Shown: positions 19,520-28,934 of the stretch, in pieces
How positions within the stretch are numbered: position 1 is the stretch's first letter
Layout: the number at the start of each line of letters is the position of its first letter
Source: Candidatus Latescibacterota bacterium
GTDB taxonomy: Bacteria > Latescibacterota > UBA2968 > GCA-2709665
Assembly (NCBI GenBank): GCA_965208835.1
Contig: OZ242358.1
Coordinates: 3,232,001 to 3,296,000, forward strand
Length of the DNA: 64,000 nucleotides
Direction of reading: 5' to 3'
Program-made: the position numbers and the translations under genes
Notes under the pieces: model-generated
Database searches by the model: none
Told to the model about the DNA's origin: nothing
Seen by the model: the letters and a program-made list of their open reading frames with translations, nothing else

Positions 19520-20410
19520 TCAACCCGCGCTTCGGAAAAACGCCATCAGGTCTTCACGTGCCCGACGACTTCCGTGGACAATGCTGTGAGGTTCGTCTTT
19601 ATACAACCTGAACTCGGCGCCGGGGACCCTCGCTGCCAGATCCCTGCCCCAATCCACCGGTACTTCCCGGTCTCTTGCGCCGTGAACGACAAGCGTTGGC
19701 GCCCGCAGGCGTTTACATTCGACAGACATATCTTTGTCAATGTACGCGTCAATCGACCTCAACTGGGTCTCGTACCACGCCTCGCGATCCTCCAGGCCGG
19801 ACTTCGCCACAAGCCTGCTGACTCGCTCGTCGTATTCCGCCAGCGTTCCCCGTTCCTCCATCTCGTCGCGTTCCCAGAGGACGTCGAGAGAAAGTTCGAC
19901 ACCTTCGGGCCGGCACTTCCAGGCAGCCTCAGATCCCTGTTTATAAAGGATTTCCAACTGTTTTTTAACAATACAGGTAACAGGATCTTCGTCCGGCCAG
20001 AGATGCGCCGCGGTTCCGGCCAAAACCAGTGTCCTGACACGTTCCGGGAAATGCGTTGCAAAGAGGATCGCTATCGGACCCCCGGCGGAGGAACCGATGA
20101 CGTGCGCGCATTCGATGTCGAGGTGGTCCAGCAATTCGACCAAATCGCGCGCCTGGTTCTCCAGGTCATAGCCCGACTCCGTGCGGGAAGACAGCCAGCA
20201 GCCCCGGCGGTCGTACATCACATACCGGAATTCCGACGTGAAATCCATCTCCCATCCCCACCCGCCTCCTGGGTCGGCACGGAGATGCATGTCAAGAGAC
20301 GGGAAGCCACCGTGAACAAACGCGATGACTTCACCTTCTCCTCGGACGTCATAGAACATACGGAAGCCGTTTATATATGTATAGGGCACAGTCTTTGGAT
20401 CCTTACGCAT
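19520..20410 (-). CDS. Alpha/beta fold hydrolase
   Basis: FVHGG, YDRRG, GSSAGG nucleophile elbow, PTLVVHGARD, terminal His. Confidence 0.92.
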   Translation of the reverse strand: MRKDPKTVPYTYINGFRMFYDVRGEGEVIAFVHGGFPSLDMHLRADPGGGWGWEMDFTSEFRYVMYDRRGCWLSSRTESGYDLENQARDLVELLDHLDIECAHVIGSSAGGPIAILFATHFPERVRTLVLAGTAAHLWPDEDPVTCIVKKQLEILYKQGSEAAWKCRPEGVELSLDVLWERDEMEERGTLAEYDERVSRLVAKSGLEDREAWYETQLRSIDAYIDKDMSVECKRLRAPTLVVHGARDREVPVDWGRDLAARVPGAEFRLYKDEPHSIVHGSRRAREDLMAFFRSAG

Positions 20411-20638
20411 AGCACGCAATCAGATTGTCGATTATCTATCGATCCGCTTCGAACGCCAGGTCGACGGGAAATTTGTCACGTGCGAACCGTCCGTCCTCAG
20501 CCGGGTTGTCACCTGCCGCATCGTTGCCATATAAAAACGTAAGGAATCACACTCATATACGCAGGTACGAATCAGGTGTCAAGGTCAATTCCCCGAATGC
20601 GCCGCCATTTTTGCGGCTGCTTTCCAGCTTCCGTTTAC

Positions 20639-20667
20639 TTGACGAAGCCGATCGTTTCGTGTATACT
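20639..20667 (+). promoter_or_regulatory. Sigma-70 promoter of the putative metal-uptake locus
   Basis: TTGACG-N17-TATACT, 47 nt upstream of ATG 20715; spacer region contains an inverted ACGAA...TTCGT pair. Confidence 0.7.
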
Positions 20668-20714
20668 ACCAATTGAAATCCTGTAGGTTCTGTGTTCTTC
20701 CGGAGAAGGTAAGG

Positions 20715-21218
20715 ATGTTTTCGCCCTTCAGACGGCTTCATCCGGTTGTCGTTTTCGCCCTTGCAATATTCGCGGGATACGTTGCGGTCTTTCTACTTGC
20801 CGCCTTCGCCGGACACGATCACGAACAGCAAGGTCACGATCATGAATGTGCTGTCTGCGCCTGGTTCGGCAACCTGAGCATCATTCTGCCGGCAGTGCTG
20901 GTGCTGCAACTTTGCTTTCTGTATTTCAGGCAGGGTTATTTCTCGTTCCGTTCCCCGCACTCTTTCCTCTTTCTGCCGGAAGGACGCGCGTCCCGTGTCC
21001 TGAACCATTTCGGTGTCCTGTCCCGGAAATTTCTCACCATTCGACTGCCGATTCATCCCGTTTCGCTACGTTCCCCTCGCTCGAATCCGCGCGTGCAGAA
21101 GTGGGGCTCGGTTCTGCACGCGGGTAGACTCTCGGGATTGGGTATCGTGCATTCGCGCCCCTCTCCGGGACACGCTACATCCACAACGCCAGATGACCGG
21201 CCCGGCGGATTTGCCTGA
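20715..21218 (+). CDS. DUF2946-like leader protein, copy 1, frameshifted at the RAPP motif
   Basis: TM helix, HDHEQQGHDHECAVC; nearly identical to copy 2 up to PEGRA, then 2 nt shorter, giving RASRV... and read-through to 21218. Confidence 0.7.
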   Translation: MFSPFRRLHPVVVFALAIFAGYVAVFLLAAFAGHDHEQQGHDHECAVCAWFGNLSIILPAVLVLQLCFLYFRQGYFSFRSPHSFLFLPEGRASRVLNHFGVLSRKFLTIRLPIHPVSLRSPRSNPRVQKWGSVLHAGRLSGLGIVHSRPSPGHATSTTPDDRPGGFA

Positions 21219-21306
21219 CGGCACAACCGCAGTTCGTCTGCCATACTGGCGGATGTTCATGCAATTTTCGGGGCGAAGTGACGTATAGGCACACTGGAGT
21301 ACTTTA
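21079..21306 (+). promoter_or_regulatory. Conserved structured 5' leader, copy 1
   Basis: Homologous to 23566-23805 and 26411-26660; perfect 11-bp stem CGCGTGCAGAA/TTCTGCACGCG at 21090-21122. Confidence 0.55.
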
Positions 21307-22572
21307 ATGTTCAGCATGCTGAAGTTGAAGACATCCCTTCGCTGGATTGTGACGGCGGCGGTTTTTGCCGTGTTCGCGTCCGGTTGTGGTAAAGAAGACC
21401 CCATCACGCAGCAGGAAGAGCATTACGAAGCCGAAGGCCTCGTCCTCCTCGACTCCGGCGAGCGGTTCTTTCGTTATTTCCAGGGCAGGATCGACTCGGG
21501 CGAAGGCAGAGCGGAAATCCTGGCGGTCGCTCACGGCGAAGTCACCAGCAAGTGGAGCATTCGCTTCCTGGACAAAGACGGAAACGAAATGGCGCCCCCC
21601 ACCGGCGAGGGCTTCAGTTTCACGTGGGAGATCGCGGACACGTCAATCGTGGAGGTCGTCCAGGACGCGGGGGAAGCGGGTAAATTCGTCTTCGCCCTGC
21701 GCGGCCTCGAAGATGGCGAAACCACCATCAAGCTTCAGATTTCGCACGAGGGGCACATCGACTTCACCACGGTGCCGCTCCCGGTGTACGTGGTAGAAGA
21801 GCACTCGTCCCATTTCAATGCGGAAGGGCTTGTCATCATCGAATCCGGCGTTCGATTCTTTCGCTATTTCCAGGGCGAGATCGACTCGGGCGAAGGTCGG
21901 GCATCGGAACTCACGGCCCCAATTGGCCTGACGCCTCACTGGCGCATCATGTTTCTGGACGAACACGGCGATGAAAAGGACCCGCCGGACGATCCGGTAT
22001 TCACGTTGGGCTGGACCATTGCCAACCCCGACGTTCTCGAAGTCGTTCAGGACGAGGGCGACGAAGGTTCATTCGAGTTTCACCTGCGCGGCTTGCAGGA
22101 GGGCCAAACCACGATTGTATTCGAAGTCTGGCACGAAGGGCACGTTGACTACACCACACGACCCATTCCCGTACACGTGGAGTCACAGGAGGGCCAGCAC
22201 GGCGAACCCGTGGGCGTTCGGCTTAAGGAAGAAGACAGTGACGAGTTGCTTACACAGGCGCCGGTTAAGGGAGAAGGCGAAGCCACCGAGGCCCTGACCG
22301 TTGCCGTAGGCGACACAACCGACCACGTCGCGACATTCTTCTTTGACGAAGACGACGTTGAATTCCAGCCGGAAGCGCCCGATCACACGCTGGGCATCGC
22401 GGTGGCCGACACCTCGCTGCTCGCCATCGATCCGCCCGCAGCGCCCGAATACTGGGCGTTCAGACTCATCGGCAAGAAAGCGGGCACGACCACCATTACG
22501 CTTTCCATTTTACACGACGGCGAGGCGGAGGACGAATTCGCGCCCATTTCGGTAGCAATCACCGCACAATAG
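21307..22572 (+). CDS. His-rich repeat lipoprotein (2 repeats plus divergent C-terminal domain), putative metal-binding
   Basis: GGAG RBS; lipobox FASGC; repeats with AEGLV, RFFRYFQG, HEGHxD[FY]TT; acidic composition. Confidence 0.85.
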   Translation: MFSMLKLKTSLRWIVTAAVFAVFASGCGKEDPITQQEEHYEAEGLVLLDSGERFFRYFQGRIDSGEGRAEILAVAHGEVTSKWSIRFLDKDGNEMAPPTGEGFSFTWEIADTSIVEVVQDAGEAGKFVFALRGLEDGETTIKLQISHEGHIDFTTVPLPVYVVEEHSSHFNAEGLVIIESGVRFFRYFQGEIDSGEGRASELTAPIGLTPHWRIMFLDEHGDEKDPPDDPVFTLGWTIANPDVLEVVQDEGDEGSFEFHLRGLQEGQTTIVFEVWHEGHVDYTTRPIPVHVESQEGQHGEPVGVRLKEEDSDELLTQAPVKGEGEATEALTVAVGDTTDHVATFFFDEDDVEFQPEAPDHTLGIAVADTSLLAIDPPAAPEYWAFRLIGKKAGTTTITLSILHDGEAEDEFAPISVAITAQ

Positions 22573-22661
22573 CAGGAAACGTGGGGAAGGGTTGGTTCTA
22601 GCAGTCCGTTAATAAAGTCGCTCTCCAGGAAGCCTGGATGGGCTTTTTCAACGGGCTGCCA

Positions 22662-22821
22662 GCCCTCCCTCCCTCTGCAACGTCGGAGTACATTGCAGAT
22701 GACTCACGTATACAGGATAAGGCTTTTGCCCGGATTGTCTGCCTGATCACCGAGCCTGGCAGGCGGCCCTCACAATCTACAACCTGCCGGACCGACGGGT
22801 CCGTGTTCCTGTACGGGATCA
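22662..22821. repeat. Conserved 160-nt element downstream of lipoprotein 1
   Basis: Colinear homolog of the same length at 26213-26372 (GCCCTCCC...GTACGGGATCA). Confidence 0.75.
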
Positions 22822-22938
22822 CCAGAACCCTGGCCGGTACGAGGTCCTGCGGGTCGAACGGAACGGGTTCGGAATTTACGTTTCCGGTATTTTATGGCTG
22901 TATCCAGGTTCGTTTTGCGCTCATCTGGAGACCGCAGG

Positions 22939-23235
22939 ATGTCTTTTTCCTCCCGACGGATTCACCCGGTTGTCGTTATCGCGCTGGTGATATTCGCGGC
23001 CTACCTGGCGGTATTCCTGCTTGCCGCGTTCCCCGAACACGATCATAATCAACCATGTCACGATCACGATCAACCATGTGCCGTCTGCGGCTGGTTCAAC
23101 AACCTGAGCATCATTCTGCCGGCAGTGCTGGTGCTGCAACTTTGCTTTCTGTATTTCAGGCAGGGTTTTTTCTCGTTCCGTTCCCCGCACTATACCCTCC
23201 TTCTGCCGGAAGGACGCGCGCCTCCTGTGTCCTGA
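22939..23235 (+). CDS. DUF2946-like leader protein with CxxC and C-terminal RAPP motif, copy 2
   Basis: 98 aa: TM helix, EHDHNQPCHDHDQPCAVC, ends PEGRAPPVS; GGAG upstream of ATG 22939; upstream of lipoprotein and TonB receptor genes. Confidence 0.85.
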   Translation: MSFSSRRIHPVVVIALVIFAAYLAVFLLAAFPEHDHNQPCHDHDQPCAVCGWFNNLSIILPAVLVLQLCFLYFRQGFFSFRSPHYTLLLPEGRAPPVS

Positions 23236-23303
23236 ACCATCCTGGTGTCATGTCCCGTAAATTTCTCACCATTCGACTGCCGATTCATCCCGTCTCGCTG
23301 AAA

Positions 23304-23438
23304 CGTGGTCATTGAGCTTGTCGAAATGCCCGCGTTTCAATATCCGTCGTTGGTTAATCTATATCCCTTCGCCGACCCTTCGACAAGCTCAGGGAGCGGC
23401 TCAGGTCTCACCCGCTGGTTCCTGAGCCTGTCGAAGGA
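23304..23438. repeat. REP-like element (CCCTTCGACAAGCTCAGG family)
   Basis: CCCTTCGACAAGCTCAGG and inverted CCTGAGCCTGTCGAAGG; first 30 nt identical to 40207-40236. Confidence 0.75.
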
Positions 23439-23542
23439 TGCGAGCCGGGCGACTAAGCTGTCGAATTCAGGCAACCTATTTCCGGGACAGAACACCGGCG
23501 TGTCTTCCTGACACGTCTTCCGTACTTCCAGATTTTTTCAAA

Positions 23543-23805
23543 CAGGTCATTCCAGGTCGGCCCTGGCTCGAATCCGCGCGTGCAGAAGCGTGGATCGGTT
23601 CTGCACGCGGGTAGACTCTCGGGATTGGGCAAAGCGCATTCCCGCCCCTCTCCGGGTCAGTCGACACCCGTATCGCCGGATGACCGGCCCAACGGGTTTG
23701 CCTGTCGGCAACTTGCCGGCACAACCGCAGTTCGTCTGCCACGCGGGCGGATGTTCATGATATTTTTAGGGGCGAAGTGAGATTCCAGTACACAGGAGAA
23801 CATTA
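23543..23805 (+). promoter_or_regulatory. Conserved structured 5' leader, copy 2
   Basis: Same 11-bp stem (23577-23609) with a different loop; CAGGTCATTCCAGGTCGGCCC identical to 26411-26431. Confidence 0.55.
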
Positions 23806-26184
23806 ATGTTCAGCATGCTGAAGATGAAAACATACCATCACTGGATTGCAACAGCGGCGGTTCTTGCCGTGTTCCTGTCCGGTTGTGGAAAAGAAGACCC
23901 CATTACGCAACAGGAAGAGCATTATGAAGCCGAAGGCCTCGTCCTTCTCGACGGAGGCCAGCGGTTCTTCCGGTATTTCCAGGGCAGGATCGACTCGGGG
24001 GACGGCCGTGCGGAAGCCCTGGAGGTCGGTCACGGCGAAGTCACCAGCAAGTGGAGCATCCGCTTCCTGGACAGGGAAGGCAACGAAATGGCGCCCCCCA
24101 CCGGCGAGGGTTTCAGCTTCACGTGGGAAATTGCGGACACGTCGATTGTGGAAGTCGTTCAGGACGCGAGCGAAGTGGGCAAATTCGTCTTCGCCCTGCG
24201 CGGCCTCAAAGATGGTGAAACCACCATCAAGCTTCAGATTGCACACGAAGGACACATCGACTTCACCACGGTGCCGCTGCCGGTACACGTGGGAGGAGAG
24301 TTCGAGGCGGAAGGGCTCGTCATTATCGAATCCGGCGTTCGATTCTTCCGTTACTTCCAGGGCGAAATCGACTCTGGCGACGGTCGGGTATCGGAACTCA
24401 CGGCGCCGGTTGGCATGACGCCCCACTGGCGCATCATGTTTCTGGATGAAAACGGCGATGAAATAGATCCGCCGGAGGATCCCGAATTCACGTTCGGCTG
24501 GACCATCGCCGACCCCGACGTGGTCGAAGTCGTTCAAGACGAGGGCGACGAGGGTTTATTTGAGTTCCACCTGCGCGGCTTGAAGGGGGGCGAAACCACC
24601 ATCGTGTTGAAGGTCGAACACGACGGACACACGGATTTCAGCACCAAACCCATTCCCGTCCACGTGGAAGAAGAGTTCGCGGCGGAAGGGCTTGTCCTCA
24701 TCGAATCCGGCGTTCGATTCTTCCGTTACTTCCAGGGCGAAATCGACTCTGGCGACGGTCGGGTATCGGAACTCGAAGTACCGGTCGGCCTGACGCCACA
24801 CTGGGGCATCAAGTTTCTGGACGAAAACGGCGATGAAATAGATCCGCCGGACGATCCGGAGTTCACGTTGGGCTGGACCATCGCCGATCCCAACGTGCTA
24901 GAAGTCGTTCAGGACGAGGGCGACGAGGGTTCTTTCGAGTTTCACCTGCGCGGCTTGAAGGGGGGCGAAACCACCATCGTGTTGAAGGTCGAACACGACG
25001 GACACACGGATTTCAGCACCAAACCCATTCCCGTGCACGTGGAAGAAGAGTTCGCGGCGGAAGGGCTTGTTCTCATCGAATCCGGCGTTCGATTCTTCCG
25101 TTACTTCCAGGGCGAAATCGACTCTGGCGACGGTCGGGTTTCGGAACTCGAAGTACCGGTCGGCCTGACGCCACACTGGGGCATCAAGTTTCTGGACGAA
25201 AACGGCGATGAAATAGATCCGCCGGACGATCCGGAGTTCACGTTGGGCTGGACCATTGCCGATCCCAGCGTGCTCGAAGTCGTCCAGGACGCGGGCGACG
25301 AGGGTTCTTTCGAGTTCCATCTGCGTGGCTTGCAGAAGGGCGAGACCACCATCGTGTTGAAGGTCGACCACGATGGACACACGGATTTCACCACCAAACC
25401 CATTCCCGTGCACGTGGAAGAAGAGTTCGCGGCGGAAGGGCTTGTTCTCATCGAATCCGGCGTTCGATTCTTCCGTTACTTCCAGGGCGAAATCGACTCT
25501 GGCAACGGTCGGGTATCGGAACTCGATGTACCGATCGGCCTGACGCCGCACTGGCGCATCAAGTTTCTTGACGAAAACGGCGATGAAATCGACCCGCCGG
25601 AGGATCCGGAGTTCACGTTCGGCTGGACCATTGCCGACCCCAACGTACTCGAAGTCGTCCAGGACGCGGGCGACGAGGGTTCTTTCGAGTTCCACCTGCG
25701 CGGCTTGCAGGAGGGCGAAACCACGATTGTATTCGAAGTCAGACACGATGGGCACGTTGACTATATGACACAGCCCATTCACGTACACGTGGAGGCACAG
25801 GAGGGTCAACACGAGGACCCCGTTGGTGTGCGGCTTAAGGATGAAGACAGCGACGACGTTCTCACCCAGGCGCCGCTGAAGGGAGAAGGCAATGCTACCG
25901 AGGATCTGACGGTTGCCGCAGGTGATTCGACCGACCACATCGTGGCGTTCTTCTTTGACGAACACGACGTGGAATTCCAGCCGGAGGCGCCCGACCACAC
26001 GCTGGGCATCGCGGTGGCCGACACCTCGTTGCTCGCCATCGATCCGCCTGTAGCGCCCGAATACTGGGCCTTCAGACTCATTGGCAAGAAAGCTGGTACC
26101 ACCTCAATCACCCTTTCCATTCTCCACGACGGCGAGACGGAAGAAGAATTCGCGCCGATATCGGTGGAGATCACCGCACCATAG
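23806..26184 (+). CDS. His-rich repeat lipoprotein (5 repeats plus divergent C-terminal domain), putative metal-binding
   Basis: Paralog of 21307-22572; lipobox FLSGC; four near-identical 125-aa units with HDGHxD[FY], FHLRG and TPHW. Confidence 0.88.
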   Translation: MFSMLKMKTYHHWIATAAVLAVFLSGCGKEDPITQQEEHYEAEGLVLLDGGQRFFRYFQGRIDSGDGRAEALEVGHGEVTSKWSIRFLDREGNEMAPPTGEGFSFTWEIADTSIVEVVQDASEVGKFVFALRGLKDGETTIKLQIAHEGHIDFTTVPLPVHVGGEFEAEGLVIIESGVRFFRYFQGEIDSGDGRVSELTAPVGMTPHWRIMFLDENGDEIDPPEDPEFTFGWTIADPDVVEVVQDEGDEGLFEFHLRGLKGGETTIVLKVEHDGHTDFSTKPIPVHVEEEFAAEGLVLIESGVRFFRYFQGEIDSGDGRVSELEVPVGLTPHWGIKFLDENGDEIDPPDDPEFTLGWTIADPNVLEVVQDEGDEGSFEFHLRGLKGGETTIVLKVEHDGHTDFSTKPIPVHVEEEFAAEGLVLIESGVRFFRYFQGEIDSGDGRVSELEVPVGLTPHWGIKFLDENGDEIDPPDDPEFTLGWTIADPSVLEVVQDAGDEGSFEFHLRGLQKGETTIVLKVDHDGHTDFTTKPIPVHVEEEFAAEGLVLIESGVRFFRYFQGEIDSGNGRVSELDVPIGLTPHWRIKFLDENGDEIDPPEDPEFTFGWTIADPNVLEVVQDAGDEGSFEFHLRGLQEGETTIVFEVRHDGHVDYMTQPIHVHVEAQEGQHEDPVGVRLKDEDSDDVLTQAPLKGEGNATEDLTVAAGDSTDHIVAFFFDEHDVEFQPEAPDHTLGIAVADTSLLAIDPPVAPEYWAFRLIGKKAGTTSITLSILHDGETEEEFAPISVEITAP
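24298..25797 (+). repeat. Intragenic tandem repeat, 4 x 375 bp
   Basis: GAGTTCGxGGCGGAAGGGC starts at 24298, 24673, 25048 and 25423 (exact 375-nt period). Confidence 0.95.
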
Positions 26185-26194
26185 CTGGAAGCAC

Positions 26195-26223
26195 GGCGGG
26201 AGGGCGAGAACCGCCCTCCCGCC
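26195..26223 (+). other. Strong hairpin without U-tract after lipoprotein 2
   Basis: GGCGGGAGGGCG-AGAAC-CGCCCTCCCGCC, perfect 12-bp stem. Confidence 0.6.
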
Positions 26224-26372
26224 TGCTGCAACGTCTGAAAACTCTGCAGATAGATGAACTACACAGGATGAGGCTTCTGCCCGGATTGTCGGCCTGATGC
26301 CCGAGCCCGCCAGGCGGACCTCACAATTTTCAACCTGCCGGGCCGACGGGTCCGGATTCTGGTACGGGATCA
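26213..26372. repeat. Conserved 160-nt element downstream of lipoprotein 2
   Basis: Homolog of 22662-22821. Confidence 0.75.
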
Positions 26373-26410
26373 ACAGAGCGGGGCCGGCACGACGTCCTGG
26401 TCTTTTAAAT

Positions 26411-26660
26411 CAGGTCATTCCAGGTCGGCCCCGACTCGATCAGAAATGCGGCACGGATCGACGCGGATGGACCCTTGGGACCGCGTATCGCGGATTCCCG
26501 CCCGTCGTGGGTTCAGGCTACGTCCGCAAGTGCGGGTAATCCGCCCGGAAATCTGGCATTTCGCCAACATACCGGCGAATCTGCGGTTCGTTCACTACGT
26601 CGGCGGATGCTCACGATTGATTCGGAGCGAAATGAGATTCCGGTACACTGGAGAAAAATA
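26411..26660 (+). promoter_or_regulatory. Conserved 5' leader, copy 3 (diverged), upstream of TonB receptor
   Basis: Shares CAGGTCATTCCAGGTCGGCCC, ATTCCCGCCC, GTTCGT...GGCGGATG and GCGAAxTGAGATTCCxGTACACxGGAG with copy 2. Confidence 0.5.
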
Positions 26661-28901
26661 ATGTCCAGCACACTTAAAGTGAAGACATCCAGTCAATTGA
26701 TTGCAACAGCGGCGCTCGCGTTGTTGTCAATGGTCTGTCTCGCGGGTATCAGCTCGGCAAATCAGGCCGTGTTGATCGAAGGGTATGTCTTCGACGGCGA
26801 AACCGGACTGCCCGTCAGAAATGTGAACGTCCTCGCCGCGGATCACGCCGCGCGCGCGTCTACGGACGGAAAAGGCCGGTTCGTGCTCCAACTGTCTCCT
26901 GGTGCTTATCGGCTGTCACTTACGCACGTCGGCTATCGGGAAACGCGCCACGAACTGAACATCTCAAGCGCCAGGCATCCCGTTGTCTATCTGGAACTGG
27001 CGCGACTGGACCACAAGCTGGATCCCATCGACGTTGTGGCCAGACGCGCTGAAACCCGATTTGAAGAACTGCATGAGGCCACCCGTGTGCTTTCTGGCGA
27101 CGAACTCAGGAAGAAATACAGCATCACCCTGGCCGAGACCATGAAGAACGAACTCGGCGTTGCCATCCGAAGCATGGGACCGGCGCCGGCCCGCCCCGTT
27201 ATCCGCGGGCTCAGCGGCGACCGTGTACAGATCAACGTCGACGGGATTCAGTCTCAGGATCTTTCGGCAACGTCGGCCGATCACGCGGTAACCGTCGAGA
27301 CTTTCAACGCGGAACGCCTGGAAATCATCCGCGGACCCCGCACGCTGCTGCACACGGCCACGGCCGGCGGCGGTGTAATCAACGTCGTCAAGCACAAGAT
27401 CCCTGAGACCCGCCCGAAGCGCTTCTTCGGGAGCGTGGGCGCCTACGGAGAAACGGCGAACCGCGGATATTTCTCGTCCGCCGCCCTAACCGCGCCCGTG
27501 GGGCCGCTCGCGTTGCACGCCGAGTCCACGTACCGGGATACAAGGGACATCCGGACCCCGGTCGGCCGGCTTGCCAACACGCCCATCAACACCCGCACAC
27601 ATGCACTCGGCGTTTCCTACGCGGGCGAACGGGGATACGTCGGCGCTTCTTTCGACCAGTTCGATACTCATTACGGCATTCCCGGCGGATTCATCGGCGC
27701 GCATCCCAACGGCGCGGACCTCGATATCATGCGCCGGGTCTTCGATGGGAGGGCTGTCTATCGGTTCGACGGCGGGACGGCAGACAGAATCGAGGCAGGC
27801 TTCACGAGGACCTATTACTACCACGTTGAGTACGAATCAAGCGGCAGTATCGGATCCGAGTTCCTTTTTCATGACCACAGCGGCGATCTCAAACTCTACC
27901 TGAACTCGGGAAACAAGGAGCAAAACACCGTTCTCACCGCCGGCTTTGAACACCGCGATCTCAAGCTGGGCGGTTTTGTCTTCACCCCGCCCACGCGCAA
28001 GCAGGACGTCAACTTCGGGCTGTATCACGAGACTATCTATCGCAATATCGAACTACAGGTCGCGACCCGTTACACCTATACCACCTTCGACCCGCGCCTG
28101 GAGGCGTTCTCCAACGCGAGCCTGGATGTAGACCGCACCTTCCATACATGGTCCACCGCATTCAGCCCGCTATTGCCCATTACCGACCAGTTGACCGCGG
28201 GCTTCAGCCTCAACCGCTCCCAGCGCGCGCCCACCATCGAGGAGCTCTACAACGAGGGACCGCACCTTGCCGCTTACACCTTTGAGAAGGGCAACGTCGA
28301 ACTCAATGCCGAACGCAGTTTCGGCGCAGAGGCATTCTTCCACTACCTGCGGCCGGGATTCGACCTGGTCTTCACGGGATTCTGGAACGAATTCGGCAAT
28401 TACATTGCGCCGCGAAATACGGGAGAAATCAACTGGTCTCAGCTACTTCCGATCTACGCCGCGGAAGGTATAGGCGCGAGAATGACGGGCGTGGAATCCC
28501 ACCTGAAATGGCGCCCGAACGCGCGATTGGAGCTGGAGATGAAACTGAGCCATGTGCGCGGTGAAAACCAGGACGACGGTACGCCCCTGCCCGAAATGCC
28601 GCCGCTCAAGTTCGTGGGCAGCGCAACCTACAGGCACCCCTGGCTTACCGGCGGCGGAACCGTGGAGTGGGCCGCGGGGCAGAACCGCGTGGATACCTAC
28701 GAAGACCCTACCGCCGGTTATTCCATCTTCGGCGTTTACGTACAGCGGGATTTCCAAACGAACCACGCCCGCCACAGCTTTATCCTTTCTCTCGAGAATC
28801 TTCTCGACACGGAGTACCGCAACCACCTGTCTCGCATCCGGTCCGTGATGCCTGAAACAGGCAGGAGTCTGAAGTTGAACTACAAAATGTATTTCTTTTA
28901 A
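26661..28901 (+). CDS. TonB-dependent receptor, ZnuD-like (probable metal uptake)
   Basis: ATG 26661 with GGAG RBS; N-terminal carboxypeptidase-regulatory-like domain; plug RPVIRGLSGDRV and SADHAV; RAPTIEELY, NLLDTEYRNHLS; terminal Phe. Confidence 0.92.
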   Translation: MSSTLKVKTSSQLIATAALALLSMVCLAGISSANQAVLIEGYVFDGETGLPVRNVNVLAADHAARASTDGKGRFVLQLSPGAYRLSLTHVGYRETRHELNISSARHPVVYLELARLDHKLDPIDVVARRAETRFEELHEATRVLSGDELRKKYSITLAETMKNELGVAIRSMGPAPARPVIRGLSGDRVQINVDGIQSQDLSATSADHAVTVETFNAERLEIIRGPRTLLHTATAGGGVINVVKHKIPETRPKRFFGSVGAYGETANRGYFSSAALTAPVGPLALHAESTYRDTRDIRTPVGRLANTPINTRTHALGVSYAGERGYVGASFDQFDTHYGIPGGFIGAHPNGADLDIMRRVFDGRAVYRFDGGTADRIEAGFTRTYYYHVEYESSGSIGSEFLFHDHSGDLKLYLNSGNKEQNTVLTAGFEHRDLKLGGFVFTPPTRKQDVNFGLYHETIYRNIELQVATRYTYTTFDPRLEAFSNASLDVDRTFHTWSTAFSPLLPITDQLTAGFSLNRSQRAPTIEELYNEGPHLAAYTFEKGNVELNAERSFGAEAFFHYLRPGFDLVFTGFWNEFGNYIAPRNTGEINWSQLLPIYAAEGIGARMTGVESHLKWRPNARLELEMKLSHVRGENQDDGTPLPEMPPLKFVGSATYRHPWLTGGGTVEWAAGQNRVDTYEDPTAGYSIFGVYVQRDFQTNHARHSFILSLENLLDTEYRNHLSRIRSVMPETGRSLKLNYKMYFF

Positions 28902-28934
28902 TGTCCACTCGCCGTCGACGGAAAGACAAATCAA

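Noticed and set aside
21079-21306. Known riboswitch (cobalamin, TPP, NiCo) in the leader
   Set aside because: I could not find the hallmark conserved motifs by eye; kept only as an unknown candidate pending an Rfam search.
24298-25797. Possible CRISPR-like or non-coding repeat array
   Set aside because: Units are 375 nt, contiguous and in frame within a CDS, with no unique spacers and no cas genes.
24898-25998. 366-aa minus-strand repetitive ORF
   Set aside because: Antisense shadow of the repeat lipoprotein.
26475-26660. Extended N-terminus of the TonB receptor
   Set aside because: Region is homologous to the untranslated leaders of the lipoproteins; RBS and signal peptide fit ATG 26661.
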